A DNA stretch of 64,000 nt from Podarcis cretensis (lineage: Eukaryota). Numbering within the stretch: position 1 is the stretch's first letter; each line of letters begins with the position of its first letter. The notes below the pieces were generated by a model. That model saw only the letters and a list, made by a program, of their open reading frames with translations, was not told where the DNA came from and ran no database searches. The translations under genes were made by a program, and so were the position numbers. The DNA is taken from assembly GCA_951804945.1 (NCBI GenBank), contig OX638155.1, positions 72,850,001 to 72,914,000 of the forward strand, given 5' to 3'. This document shows positions 27,401 through 40,940 of this stretch, in pieces.

Positions 27401-28882
27401 AGGGTCATCTCCAACTCCCTGGGGCTGGACTACAACTCCCATTATCCCTGGGGCTGATGGAAGCTAGGGTCCAACAATATGTGCTGGATACCACATTAAC
27501 CATCCCTGGGTTAGGGGATACCAGCTGTATTATAGAGCCTGAACATCTCTGAGTTTTGAATTTTTGACTGTCTCCCTTCCCTATGACATGTCTGGACTGG
27601 TGAATGAGGGGGCCTCCAAGAATACAGAATTTGGTAACCCCTGACTTAAACACATTCCATATTTCTATCTATTATTAAATAGCAGGGAGAACTCAGAGAA
27701 ATCAAGTACTCTGAAATTCTTGTTACAGATAGGTAGCCGTGTTGGTCTGCCATAGTCAAAACAAAAAAAATTCCTTCCAGTAGCACCTTAAAGACCAACT
27801 AAGTTAGTTCTTGGTATGAGCTTTCGTGTGCATGCACACTTCTTCAGATATCTGAAGAAGTGTGCATGCACACGAAAGCTCATACCAAGAACTAACTTAG
27901 TTGGTCTTTAAGGTGCTACTGGAAGGAATTTTTTTTGTTCTGAAATTCTTGTATATGAAGCGATATTTACTGCAAAGCCTTTCTTCAGATGGCAAACTCA
28001 CCCCAGGGTATTCTTTGTTCGCAAGAAGTCAAAGCATGGCTCCTCCATATGCATCTAAAACGGAACATGATATTTGCAGGGATATTTTCTTTGACCCCAG
28101 AAACAAATATTCAAAATACAAGAAACAATAAACCTCAACACGTGTGACTCTTCCCACCCTCTTTTAAAAAGTTACCAGGTATTGAAAACTTACCTTGGCT
28201 GACACTCATCATTTGAGAGTATAATAGGGTGCATTTAAAAAGAAATGATTCCATCATCAAGGAGTTCACACAATATTTTATGCTACGCCAACTTTTTGGC
28301 AGCCATATGATGCTGCAGCCCAGTGAAGTACAATAAAGGAAAAGGGAAGGGATGGAAGACTTCAACTGGGGAGCTGTTGTACCCTGGATCCCATCAGGGC
28401 TTGGATTATTGTGGCAAACATCTACATGGTATTATGTAGGATGGTGTCGAAACCACAAAAGATGGTGAACAAACCACTTCACTGAGAACAAACTCTTAAT
28501 ACACATTAAACATGAGAAAAGTGAAAAGTAAAGGTAAACGTAAAGGGACCCCTGACCATTAGGTCCAGTTATGAACGACTCTGGGGTTGCGGCGCTCATC
28601 TCGCTTTATTGGCCGAGGGAGCTGGCGTACAGCTTCCGGATCATGTGGCCAGCATGACTAAGCTGCTTCTGGCGAACCAGAGCAGTGCACGGAAACGCTG
28701 TTTACCTTTCTGCAGGAGTGGTACCTATTTATCTACTTGCACTTTGACGTGCTTTCTAACTGCTAGGTTGGCAGGAGCAGGGACCGAGCAACGGGAGCTC
28801 ACCTTGTTGTGGGTTTCGAACCGCCAACCTTTTGATCGGCAGGCAAGTCCTAGGCTCTGTGGTTTAACCCACAGCGCCATAC

Positions 28883-28922
<40 letters not shown>

Positions 28923-31900
28923 TTGCAACTGACTCCAGATCTAGTCTCTAGAGTTTGTGAACTTACCGGTAGTGTAAAACCTGGACTGGAGATGATCCAG
29001 ACTCTGGAGAACTGGAACACATAAGATGCAACTAGGTTCCCTTACATTACATCCCTCTTTTCTTGCCACTAAACAAAAACTCCCATTGCCATGTTGCTAA
29101 TTCAACAGACCTACTGAACAAACTGCACTTTACATTAGCTTGTTCCTGAACCTTGGACATTGTGTTTACATAATCAGCAACTGGACAGCATTCTGGGGAA
29201 GAAGAAAATGGGCATTCCAATGTGCAGTGGGCAAGGTCCGTCAATGACCAATATGAATGATACACCTTTTTGTTTTGCATTTATTTCACACTTTTCAAAG
29301 GATACACTGAAAACCTGAGGATACACATTAAGAAAAGCTTACCACAAGCAGTTCTGTGAGGGAGTACTCTTTTAAATTCTTTGCACCAGTCTTAAGCAAG
29401 AGAGAGAGAAAGAGAAAATGAAACAGAGTCATTAACTGGTCTGTGATTTCTCTATGAACCTGAGAGCTCCATTCAAGTCTCTTAATAGTGAAGAATATGA
29501 GTAGTTTTCTAACTTCCTGTCTTTAGGGAGCCTTACCATACACCCCCCCCCCCGTTTTTTGCTAAAGAAGTCCTGTCACACAAAGTTGCCAGTCAACCTA
29601 GCTGAACTTGACTTTTGTCCCACACAAACTGTGTGGTTTGGAATGCATTCTGGGGGACAGCTGGTCATGGCTGACAATCTATTTTTCATAGAAGCTTCTT
29701 TGTCATGACATTCTCCTCAATGAAAAATTCCAGTCTAGTATCTGGGCCTCTTTTCCTAGAAACCCACGTTTCCTAGAAACAGAGCTTGACAATTACTTTC
29801 TTGGAACATTCTCCATGGATTTTCTATGGCATGAATGCCTGTTAGGACACAATTTGGTGTGGGGTGAGAATTTGAAGGAGCAGAGGTGCCTGACAGTGCC
29901 AGCCCCACTTCTTGAAATTATGCGAGGGGCAACTAGTCATCCCCAGCTTATATTGATCTGAAAGGAATAGGGTTGAAATTCATTGGCTAAACCATCTCCT
30001 TTAATTTTCTTGCCTTTAGGCAAGAGAATGTGGGTTAAATAGCAATTGTTTAGGTCAGAGGGTGGGGGTTAATCCTTCAGGGCTAATCAGTGGGTGGGGA
30101 TCAGGGCTGCATCCTGGTAGTGGGTGAGGCCAGAGTAAAAATGGATGGGGTACCCCATTCCCTTTCTGCTACCCTTTTTTCTTTTTCTGCCACCCCCTCT
30201 CTCACCTTTTCTTACCCCATTCTCCTTGTATTCCCACATCCCTGAAATTAGCATGGTGGCCATATGCTGCTCCCCCCACCCCAAAGTCTAGCTAGGCATT
30301 GCTATGTTTTAGAATAGCAAATAGTAGGGCTGGACTTCAGAACTCCACAGCTCAGGCAGGGACCAAATGAGATATGCAAATGATGGGGGCAGCATTTAAA
30401 CGCAATGGAAACATAATGCAAATGGGGAGAAAATGGAATCAATTATGAAAGTGAATATCAATCCTATTTGCTGGACTGGTTTCCATTCTGGACATAGGAC
30501 AAATAAGCAAACACCAGCAATTTCTGATCCTTTTTCCCAGTCAGGATTCCCCACCATCCCTAATGAATACAAAACCCAACATAAAGGCAGCAATCCTTTA
30601 ACAGTTTCTGAGGGAGTAAGTCCCATGGAACTCAATGGAGCTTACTTCTCAGTAGTAGCACTCAGGATGCACTGTAATAGGTCCGAGTCTACAATACCTG
30701 ATAGTAGACCGTCACATCAGAGTTTGGATTGCCTGCGTGAAGGGATTTCACTTTACACAGAATGTGAGTGTTTGGCAGTTCTATCACCCGGAACTGAATA
30801 GGGCATGGGTGTATGAGAGGAACAAACTGTAATTTTCTGAAAAGAGAGAGGGGCAAAATGAAAGAGGAGCCACCGTTTCTCATCTTCATCATATGAACAT
30901 ATTTGTGAAGGAAGTAATCATCACAGACATGTTCATATTCACACTTGTACTTTCTACCTATACGATACACACCAGTACTTAGCCTTACGTGTACCCTGAA
31001 GTGGTAGACTGCTCCCATGAATAGCCAGTGTTTGCCTCCTGACCTTTATCTCCTCCTGACCTGGACACAGTTACTTGAACTTCAGCAAACTTGCACCAAA
31101 TATAAATTACCAATACTCTGGTAACAGCTAGGCTTGACTACTACAAAGAGTTACATAGATGTTTGGAGACCAGCACTGTTGAGACACAACCCTGATGGGA
31201 TGGCAATAAGAGTGTCCCTGTTCAAGGTTTGTTTGTTTGTTTGTTTGTTTGTTTGTTTGTTTGTGGAGTGCAACTTATGTGTGTAGAAATGTCTGAGGCT
31301 ACTTCTTAGTAAGAGGAATGTATGATGCATGTGTATTGGCAGATGTGTGAGAGTGCAATAGGATGACCAATATTAAATGAGTAGCAAGTATTGTGTGATT
31401 TGAGGATGAATGACTCAAGCATGACTGTGAAACTTCTGCTCCCCCACTTTTTTAAAAAAATTAATCACAACTTCCTGTGCGATCCAAACCTGACAAACTG
31501 TGGTTAATATCACTGTGGTTTTTTTTGAAAAAAGCCCAATTTCATTTTGTACTTTAAGAAGTTGGTTTGTTTGAACAAATTATATTTAAGAGTAATCATT
31601 GCTTACATTTGAGATGTAACAATTAGATGTAGTTAATCTAAAACAGGAGAGGGACCCTCCAATTTTCTTCTCATGGCTGCACTGAAGAAGGAGAAGCCTG
31701 AGAGCCTGAAGTTCACTGCAGCTCATCTTCGTAATGCTAAAACGTGGTTTATTGTTACACCCAAACCATGACAATGTATTTCATTCTTTAAAAAATTTAG
31801 GAGGAAAATCAAGGATGGGTGTTAATAAACATTTTATAGCATTCAGCAATGCTCATCGAAATGCGGTTTTCATTTAATAATAAACTGGGTGTTCAAAACT

Positions 31901-34900
31901 GGCCGTTCAAAACAAAGAAACCTGACCAAATGCATCACTCTTCCCTCTCTCAGAACCCTATGTATATTTCTTAATAGTAAGAATCAAACCAGGATACTCA
32001 CCCAGCAATATAATTCATAAAGTCCTTTGCTTCCTAGGACATAAGGGTAAAAGATCAAACATTATTGAAATGAATGGGGCTATTTTCCAAATACGTACAC
32101 AATATAAACGGAACAAGGCATTTTTGCATTCATGGAAATCATATTTAGTGTTCAACAACTATGTCTATTTTGTTTGCTTCCATTGCAGGCAGAACCCAAA
32201 TTTCAGCTGTCCAACTCTATACTCACATTGCTCATAAAGTTTCCTTGGACAAGTCCCTCTACCCACAGTTTTGATTTGAAAGCTGTCACAAATGCTTGTA
32301 GATCTTCTATGGTAATGCCACTACTAATAGTTTGATATTTTTCTACTAAAGACCACCTGCCATGCTCCAGAATCGAGAGTCGAAGATCTCTGTAAGATGC
32401 ATCAGTAAATGTACGTTAATTTATTTTTTCACCATCTTGGGCTTTTAGTACCCCTAAAATGGCAACACTCAGAATAATTGGAAATGCAGCCTCAGCTAAT
32501 TAAAATATATCAAAATAACAAATGCAGGAGGGATTGGTGACATAATTTTGCTGTGTTGCCTCCCCACACTCCCAAGACAGCAATGAGGAACCTGTGGCCC
32601 TTCATATGTAGTTGGTCTCCCAAGTTCCATCAACCCCAATTGCCATGGCTAAAGGACATGTTTTCATCACTCCCTTCTTTGTTAGATGGCCATAGGAACC
32701 TGTGTCTGGCAGTGTTGCATCTCTGGGGTGGCAGGGTAGGCAAAGCCTTCCTTTTTCTCACAACTCCTCATGAGATCCTGCACGAGGCTGAGGGGTCTTT
32801 TAAAAATGGTGATATGAGCAGTCATTTAATGCTTGGCAATCATTTTGATTCTTGCAAGTGGAAAATCAACACAAGGCTCATATCAATCTGATCTTAGACT
32901 TATTCTTGGCTATATGTGAAAGTTTCTTTAGCAAAGCCGATTTTCTACCACTGAGCCTTTCCATGTAGTCTCCCTGCAGACACTCACTTTGCCAGCGAAT
33001 CTGTTTTGAGGAGATTGTTAAAATATGTCTTTTTTAGCTGTTCAATTATCATCTGGAAAGCTGAAGGCGAGACACTGAGGTTAGACAAGTGATCAATGAT
33101 CAGTTGAAAGAGCAACTGCAAAGAAAAAAGGAAAATTTGACCAAATGAAGAGATACGTGGTACATGAACGTAAGACATGCTAGTTCTGTGGGGATTGTCT
33201 TCAGGTAAGTGGGCACACAGTTGTAACCTAACAGACACCTCATGTTGTGTCATTGGCTATGCGCATCTCACCATTCTATAGTCAGACAAAACCCTCAACA
33301 GAAGGACCAGTCATGTCAGACAGAAACTCCCCAGATCATCCAGGAACCCATCAGATCTCATCCATCTCTGAGGGCAGAACCTCTTAATGGATCTCCCAGC
33401 CTTGAACAGTGGAGTGAATGAATCTTTATTGCTAAAAGCTGTACGCCGTCCTGAAGAGTGGAGTAGCTACATTCAGCTCAAATGTCATGAGGGAATGGAT
33501 GGCCAATGGCAATGGACGTACAGTGATGCCCCCTCCAATCAGTGGAGTATTACCAATCAGTTCTGTGGCAAAGACCAGGTCGAGGATGCATCCATGCATG
33601 TGTGTGGGACCACTGATATAATGAGAAAGGCCCCATGGCTGTCATGGAGGCCCTGAAGTCCTGAGCTGGCCCATTTGAGGCAGCCTTGACATGAATACTG
33701 AAGTCTCCTAACACCACAATGAAAGGGTTCTCCAACACCACATCTAAGAGGACCCCCACCAGCTTAGTTAGGGAGACTGTAGCACAGCTGGATAGATGCT
33801 ACACTAACAACATCCCTGTTCTGGCTCTCTGGACCAACATCACAAATAATCCTTCAACCTCAGACATAGAATAGATATGATACCATAAGGACTACAGGAA
33901 GGACTCCTTATTCTTTCACCATATTTAAGCTGCCCAATTTGATGATGACATTACCATGTACATGTTCACTGGGGCCGACACAGATTAAATTGACTAAAAT
34001 ATATGGACTACTCACAGGTAGTTTATGGTTAAAGCCTTTCACTCGAATGACCAGACCATGTTCTTTGGCTATGATTTTGTATTCCATCTGAGCAACATCT
34101 GCTTGATATGCTGGTTCAGCAAGGTTGTGGGAAAGTGTGCTTACAAAAGTATCAAAAAGCACCATACTGGATGGAGAAGAATAAGTGGAAATGTTTAAAA
34201 CTGTGGACTCAAAGGAGCTGAAGTAATTCAGATGCTACACATGAAAGTGGGTGTTAGTACAGTCTTATCACACTTAGAAAGGATAAAGTTTCAAACAATG
34301 AAAAATCCTCTTTACATGTTCTTGAACCAACTGTAATATCAAGATAGCAATCATATAAAGGCAGATGTACTTATTTTTTGTGGATTTTCATAAAAGGCAT
34401 CATTTGACGGTTGCTCTTTTTTAATTATTAAAAGTTATTAAAAGACTATACAATATAATCATGCATTAACCGTCCTGAGACTTCCGTATATAGGGCAGTA
34501 TATAAATTCAATTAATAATAATAATAATAGTAATATATAAACACACACACACATATAAAACTCAAAAAATCTCACTCTATCAATCATATTATGTTAGAAT
34601 ATAGCACTATTATAAAAAGCACGTAGTATTGTATTGTATTATTATATTTCATCTAGATATATTTTCCAGTATTCAGAGTATTGTATTATTATATTTCATC
34701 TAGATATATTTTCCAGTATTCAGAGTTTCTTACTGTACATTACTCATCACAATAGGGAGAAAGTGTCAAATGAGTCTTGTTCTATTTTCCTTTATTTTTG
34801 GTCTTTGACTTTTTCAGGCTAAGGACATTGCTGTGAAATGAGAGTTAATTGTAAGAGGTGGAAATGAGAGCCTAATGGGAGTTCCCTAGATGATGCCTTC

Positions 34901-37900
34901 TCATAGTAGGAACTACAAGCTGTTATGAAGCAAAAGGGTCAAATCCAGCCATGTTCAGAAGCCACAGATACTTTCCACTACATCCTGTGTCTAGAAAAGC
35001 AGACAAATAAATGTTGAACATCGTAATATCGACTTGCCACTTTATACAATCCAGGCAACAGCAAATTAGGAAACATGGAAAGTAATCTGAATAGAAATGT
35101 CCTCCTATCTCCCAGTTAAATTAATGTAATATATTATATATCACTACTTACTTTAATGCAGACTGTTGTATCACTGGAGTCACCAGATAAAAACAGATAA
35201 ATGCTGGGCAGGAGGGAGAAGGGAAACAGAGAAAAACAGAAGAATCAAAATTTCATGAACGAGGAGATTTAGTCAGGAGGGGGGGGAATACACAGTCCTC
35301 AGACTTTTTGCCTCTGCCCCTCTGGGCTGTTGTACTTTAAAAAAATGCAATTCCTGCACATTTTGGTGCTCCAGTGAGCAGGCTGATGACACCCTCTTTG
35401 TTTTTCAGTGGCCGTCTTTGGGCACAATTTCTATCAGCACCAAGTTTTGGTAATAAGTGGTGATTAGCACTATTCTAAATGTACATCCACTGGACAGTCT
35501 CCAACTGGTCAGTGTGCAGGACAACACATTTGGGTAATGGGGTAGGGAGAAAGGAGACACAGGAGGCGGCCATGCACCTAAACTCCTTTGCCCTGGCAAT
35601 GTAGACCTTCAGGTCCAGCCAGACATCAAGGGAGTGTGGAGCTTTCTCTAGAGAGTGAGAGGGATTTGGACAAAAGGTAGGAAATACCAATTCCGGTTGC
35701 ATGTGAAAACAGGACGCTACCTTAGGAATGAAGGAGGGGCCAGTTCTGTGGGCTACTCTATCCCTATGAAAGGTGCAGAGATGTTTGGCTACTGAAAGGG
35801 TCCAAAGTTCAGAGACTCTGTGAGTGGAAGCGATAACTACAAATAGGAGATTCTCTTCACAATTTCTTTATCCCTTCCCTCTCCCCACCACGCAAAGCTG
35901 TAATCGGAGCTTACCTAGCTTTGAGGAGGTGGTGTGAGGGCTCTTGAGTCCTCCTGTTTCCTTCCCAAAGCTGGGCAAGCAGACCTCCATCTTGCAGGTG
36001 GGGGGCAGTTCCTGGATTTATGCATTTTTGTCTTTACAAGTGGACCCCCAGAACTGAACCCTTGTGTACCATGTTAGCTGTATGCTGGACCTGGGTCAAC
36101 TAGCAAGTGTATCCTCAAGTCAACCTCACCTCAACTGTGCAGGAGGACAGACACCAAATTCAGCTTCACTTTTTGTTAGCTTCTTGTGAAGCACTCCTTT
36201 TAAATCCCTTTCTTGTCAGTTTCCCCAAAGGGTACATTGGTAAGAATCTTTGAATGATAAGAACTCTCCAGAGTGCTGATTGCATTTAACAGTAAACAAA
36301 TTTGAAGTTTTCTAGCGATATTTAGCTAGTCCTCTCCTAAACTTGTAAATGTGTGTGCACCACATGCCTTGGTTGTACCCATTTTATAAATGCAATATAT
36401 TGAGTTTTACCTTTCGGGACACTAAATTTATTGTCTTTCTTGTACCACAGACAACCTTGTTTGGTATCCAATATTTTGTGTGGATATTCTGTTTTGTGCT
36501 CGGTTGATTTCTTCACAGTGAAATCTGTAGCTAGCATGGGAGATACAATAACAGATTGCTAAATGTGAACACCATTCATCCATAACACTTGGATGTAAAG
36601 GTAGTTTCTTATGGTACTGCTGCATATGTGCTTGTTACACCTGCCTTTGAAGATGTTCAGAGACATAAAGCACTGATCCACACTTGTAACAATAAGTATC
36701 TGGCTTTTGTTCATGATCATTGGAAGTTAAACAAAGACATGAGGGAGGCAGTGAGAACCACTGTGTCAGTTCCACCTCCTGTCACTGTTCTCATTATTCT
36801 CCAACCTGTGGAGGACAATCTCCAAGCAAGGAGACTTCTGAATGACTCTGATGGAGCATCCTTGCAGCACCAACATCACCACCATCCTGCAGCAATGCTG
36901 GAGGGCAGCTCTGCATTGCCACAACAACTGCTCCTCCAAGCATGCACTCAATGACCCTTAGCCAAAGGTCTGAATTTGAAATGTATTGTGTTTGAACAGA
37001 CCTTTGGTGATATGAGTTCTTTCAGCTGTGACTAGTCCATGGAAGTCCATACAAGTCCATTATTGAGGCTACAACTAATGACTGGATGAACATGGCTGAA
37101 AACACAGGAGTAGGTGACAGTGTACTGATACATCAACCATAATGTACTCAGGGTAAGGTCTGGAAAGAGTCCTCTGCATACAACAGTATTCATGGAAAGC
37201 TTGTTCTCAACCCAGGCAATTGCAAGACTGTCTTCAGGCAGGATATGCAGTTGGAACGGGATCCTCTTCTTGTACTGCTTACCTATAAATTGATTTTCTT
37301 CTGGTAGGTGTAAATCTGGATGCAGCATGAAATCAGTGTCCCACAATGTGCTCCAGTATGCATCGATTTCTGTGGATATGACATAAAATGGCATTATTCT
37401 GCTATCACAAAATGTAAGTTCGAGGGACATCCAAGCCAAGTGTTAACCAGGTTCAACAGCCAGGACACTGCACTGAATCAACACTGGGCCTAAATTCAGA
37501 CTGGCGTAATTCTGCAAGCAGACACAAGCTTTAGGCACCTAAAAGAACATGAGAAGAAACCTATCAAATCAGATCAAAGGCTTGCCTTGTCCAACATTCT
37601 GTTGTTACAGTGGCCAACCAGATTATTATTATGGGAAGCTCACAAGCAGGACATGAGTGGAATAGTACTCATGACACCCCAGGAACTGGTATTCTGAGGC
37701 ATCTGATCTCTGGTGCTGAAGGTAATAATAAAGGTAAAGGTAAGGGGACCCCTGACCATTAGGTCCAGTCGTGACCGACTCTGGGGTTGCGGCGCTCATC
37801 TCACTTCATTGGCCGAGGGAGCTTCTGGGTCATGTGGCCAGCATGACTAAGCTGCTTCTGGCGAACCAGAGCAGCGCTACCACCTAATACAACTACTTAT

Positions 37901-40851
37901 ACTGAGTCAGAGCATTGCTCATCTAGTTCAGTATTGTCCATGCTGACCGAAAGCTGCTCTCCAGGGTTTCAGACAGGAGATGTTCACAGTTCAACCTGGA
38001 ACAGCAGGGAGTGAACCAGAAAGCTTCTGCATACAAAAAGCAGATGCTCTTTTGCTGATCTACATCATGTTCTTGTTGTGAAAATCCTTAGCTGTCAACT
38101 TGCTCGAAAAGCTTCAGAGGCATGTTTTAAATCACAGAAACTTTACATTGTTTTACCTGTTGCGCTGTATTGTGTCCCAAACCATTTCTCCTTCAAGGGA
38201 CATTTCCCCTCATGGTAAGGAGAAAAGAAAATGAAGTTTGCCTTTTGAGGGATGAGATGGTTAAGGGCATCAGCAACGACCTATAAACATAATAGAACGT
38301 ATCAGTTTGTTTTCAACTAGTCATTCCTAACTTCTGGGCAGGGAAGTACACAATTCAAACGTTTGATAACAAGTATTTCTCCACTGGAAAAAGATCTGGA
38401 AATGTTCTAGTTACCAACACATTTTTTAACTCCTATGAGGAAATTTCAAAGTGACTTCTACATAACAGCTTTCCTCCTAAAGACAGATGGAGATTACTTA
38501 CTTCAGCATTATATTCAATCAGTAGCTGGTCTCCTATCAGAAAGTCCTCCTTTCGAAATATGTGCATATATTCAGAAATATTTTCTACATATTCAAGTGG
38601 ATCAACCTGGGAAATGAGCAAAATATGATTTGGAAATCATCACAATGTTAGGATTTCTCTTAGAGAGCAGTCCCTGAAACAGGAGAGGTTTGGGATGTGT
38701 GAACACCAGTATGCAAAACTAGTCACATATTGAAAATATCAGTATTAGTATAGACACAAGAAAATACTGGAAAATTGAATAGATAATACCTGCTCCTGAA
38801 AGCAAAATTCATTGCCTTCAATCTTCTGAATGTCTTCCCATATTCTGTGAGGGAACAAGTTGAGTCCATATTAATCCTTAACTCTCAAGAAAATAATCAA
38901 ACTGAATTTCTAGGTAAGATATCATGCAGAAGGTGTTTTGTCTGCATTAACTATTCATACTGTTGAAATGGGACTACCGGACGACATTGGTTAAAAACTG
39001 CTGCAATTATCTGTTTGCAAAGACTGGATGCATATTGGAGGATGAAATTGTGTCCCCCCTGATCTATATATGTTCAAGTCTACTATCTGCACAGATTCTA
39101 CATGCATGCAATTTCCATACATACAAACGTTTAAGCTTTTTTCAGTTGTATATACAAAGGACCTATTCATACTGATTGTAGCAGCAGTGAACCCCTGATA
39201 AAATCTAAGAAAAATTGCATTCACCTATATATTGGTCTAGGAGGTTATGCAAATATTTATTTTCAAATGTATAATATTTTGCATATGAAGCAACAGGCCC
39301 AGAGTGGATTGACCCAGAGTGATTTTGTGTGGTTGTATTGTTATTAATAATGGTTTTCTGAGTTGTCTTCAGCGTATTAGATATTGGATAATAAGTATTT
39401 GTTGCTCATCAGAAACAGAGTAACTATTGTCCCCTTATTTCATAAGCCTAGTAAGTTTTGCTGATTAGTATAATGTGTCTAGTAGCTTTCTTTGGTTCTA
39501 GCACTTCTTTTTAAAAAATCACCTTTCTACAGGTCCATGCTTTCTCAGCATCTTCAAGTACTGGAATATAATATGAATAACCTGAAGACAGAAAAAGAAA
39601 ACGGTTCATCATCTGGTTACCCTTACCTACAAAAAAATGTTTCACAGAATTTAGCAGAAGGTCCACGTTTTCCAGTACATTTAAGTGTAAGGCAGCACTG
39701 TAACGAAAGACCTAATCTATGATACTTTACTATCCTACTCTGGGCATTCCTTGCATGAAGGGGGCATCAAATGACAACTGGGCAGCAGGAATGTGCCCCT
39801 GGCCCTGTCTCTAAACATCAATGCCATAACAAGGTCATCTGCAGTGAAGAAGGGCTGGGCCACACTTTCGCATGTCTTGTGCCTAGAAAGCATGAGTCCA
39901 AGCAGTTTCCCACTTACCTCATGCTTTTTAGGCACAGGTCCAAGCGATTTTGCCTTTGCCCTGCTGCTTTCCCCAGGAAAACCTACTCTTTAGCGATAAA
40001 TCAGAACAAATAGCAACCTGCAGAAAAGCTGATTCAGCGGCGCTAAACAACAGGTTTTCCTGGGAGAAAGCAGTGGGGCAAACGGAAGTGTGGATTAGCC
40101 TGGTGCAAACAGCTGTTCACATGAGAACATAGGAAGCAAACTTATATCAAGTCAGACCACTGGCCTAATCCAACTCAGTATTGTCTACACTTTCCAGGGC
40201 AGCAGTGGCAGTGGCTCAAAATCTATTATATGCTCAATATATATTTAATATCTACAAATTATATTTTCATAATTATTGTTTTTACTATACTCTGTAAACC
40301 CCCCCCCCCCTTATAGTCATATTCAAGATAGTGTCATATTAACTTAGGTTCCATTCATTTCTATGAAACTACTCTGGGTAAAAGTTAGCTGGCTACAGCC
40401 CTCTGTCCTTTGTACTGATAGTACTGTCTGTTTGTACTGATGTCTGTCTGTTTCAGGGCTGGATCATGTTTTGTAAATAATAAAAGTAAATAAATAACAA
40501 GGGAAATTTACCTCATAAAAATGTTCAAAACCTTCATCAGTCAAAGTCACAGAGATGCTGAAGATGGAGTAAGTAGAGTTTTGTTCAAATCCTGTCTCAC
40601 CATTTCCTCCAAATAATGCAAGGGCCCAAAATCTATTGCAAAATTTAAACCATGATTATGCAGATGAACCACATTGCATTTTAAAGCATCTTACCTTTGA
40701 GTTCATTACGGGGAAGAGAGGTGGAATTAAGGATGCTTTGCTTTTAGAAATGTGTGCCACTTCAAAAATAACATAAAAGGGTAAGTGATCTTCCATGACC
40801 TTGAATATCCTCAAAAAGGTATTTATAGGTGCAAAATGCAAATTTATTTGC

Positions 40852-40940
<89 letters not shown>

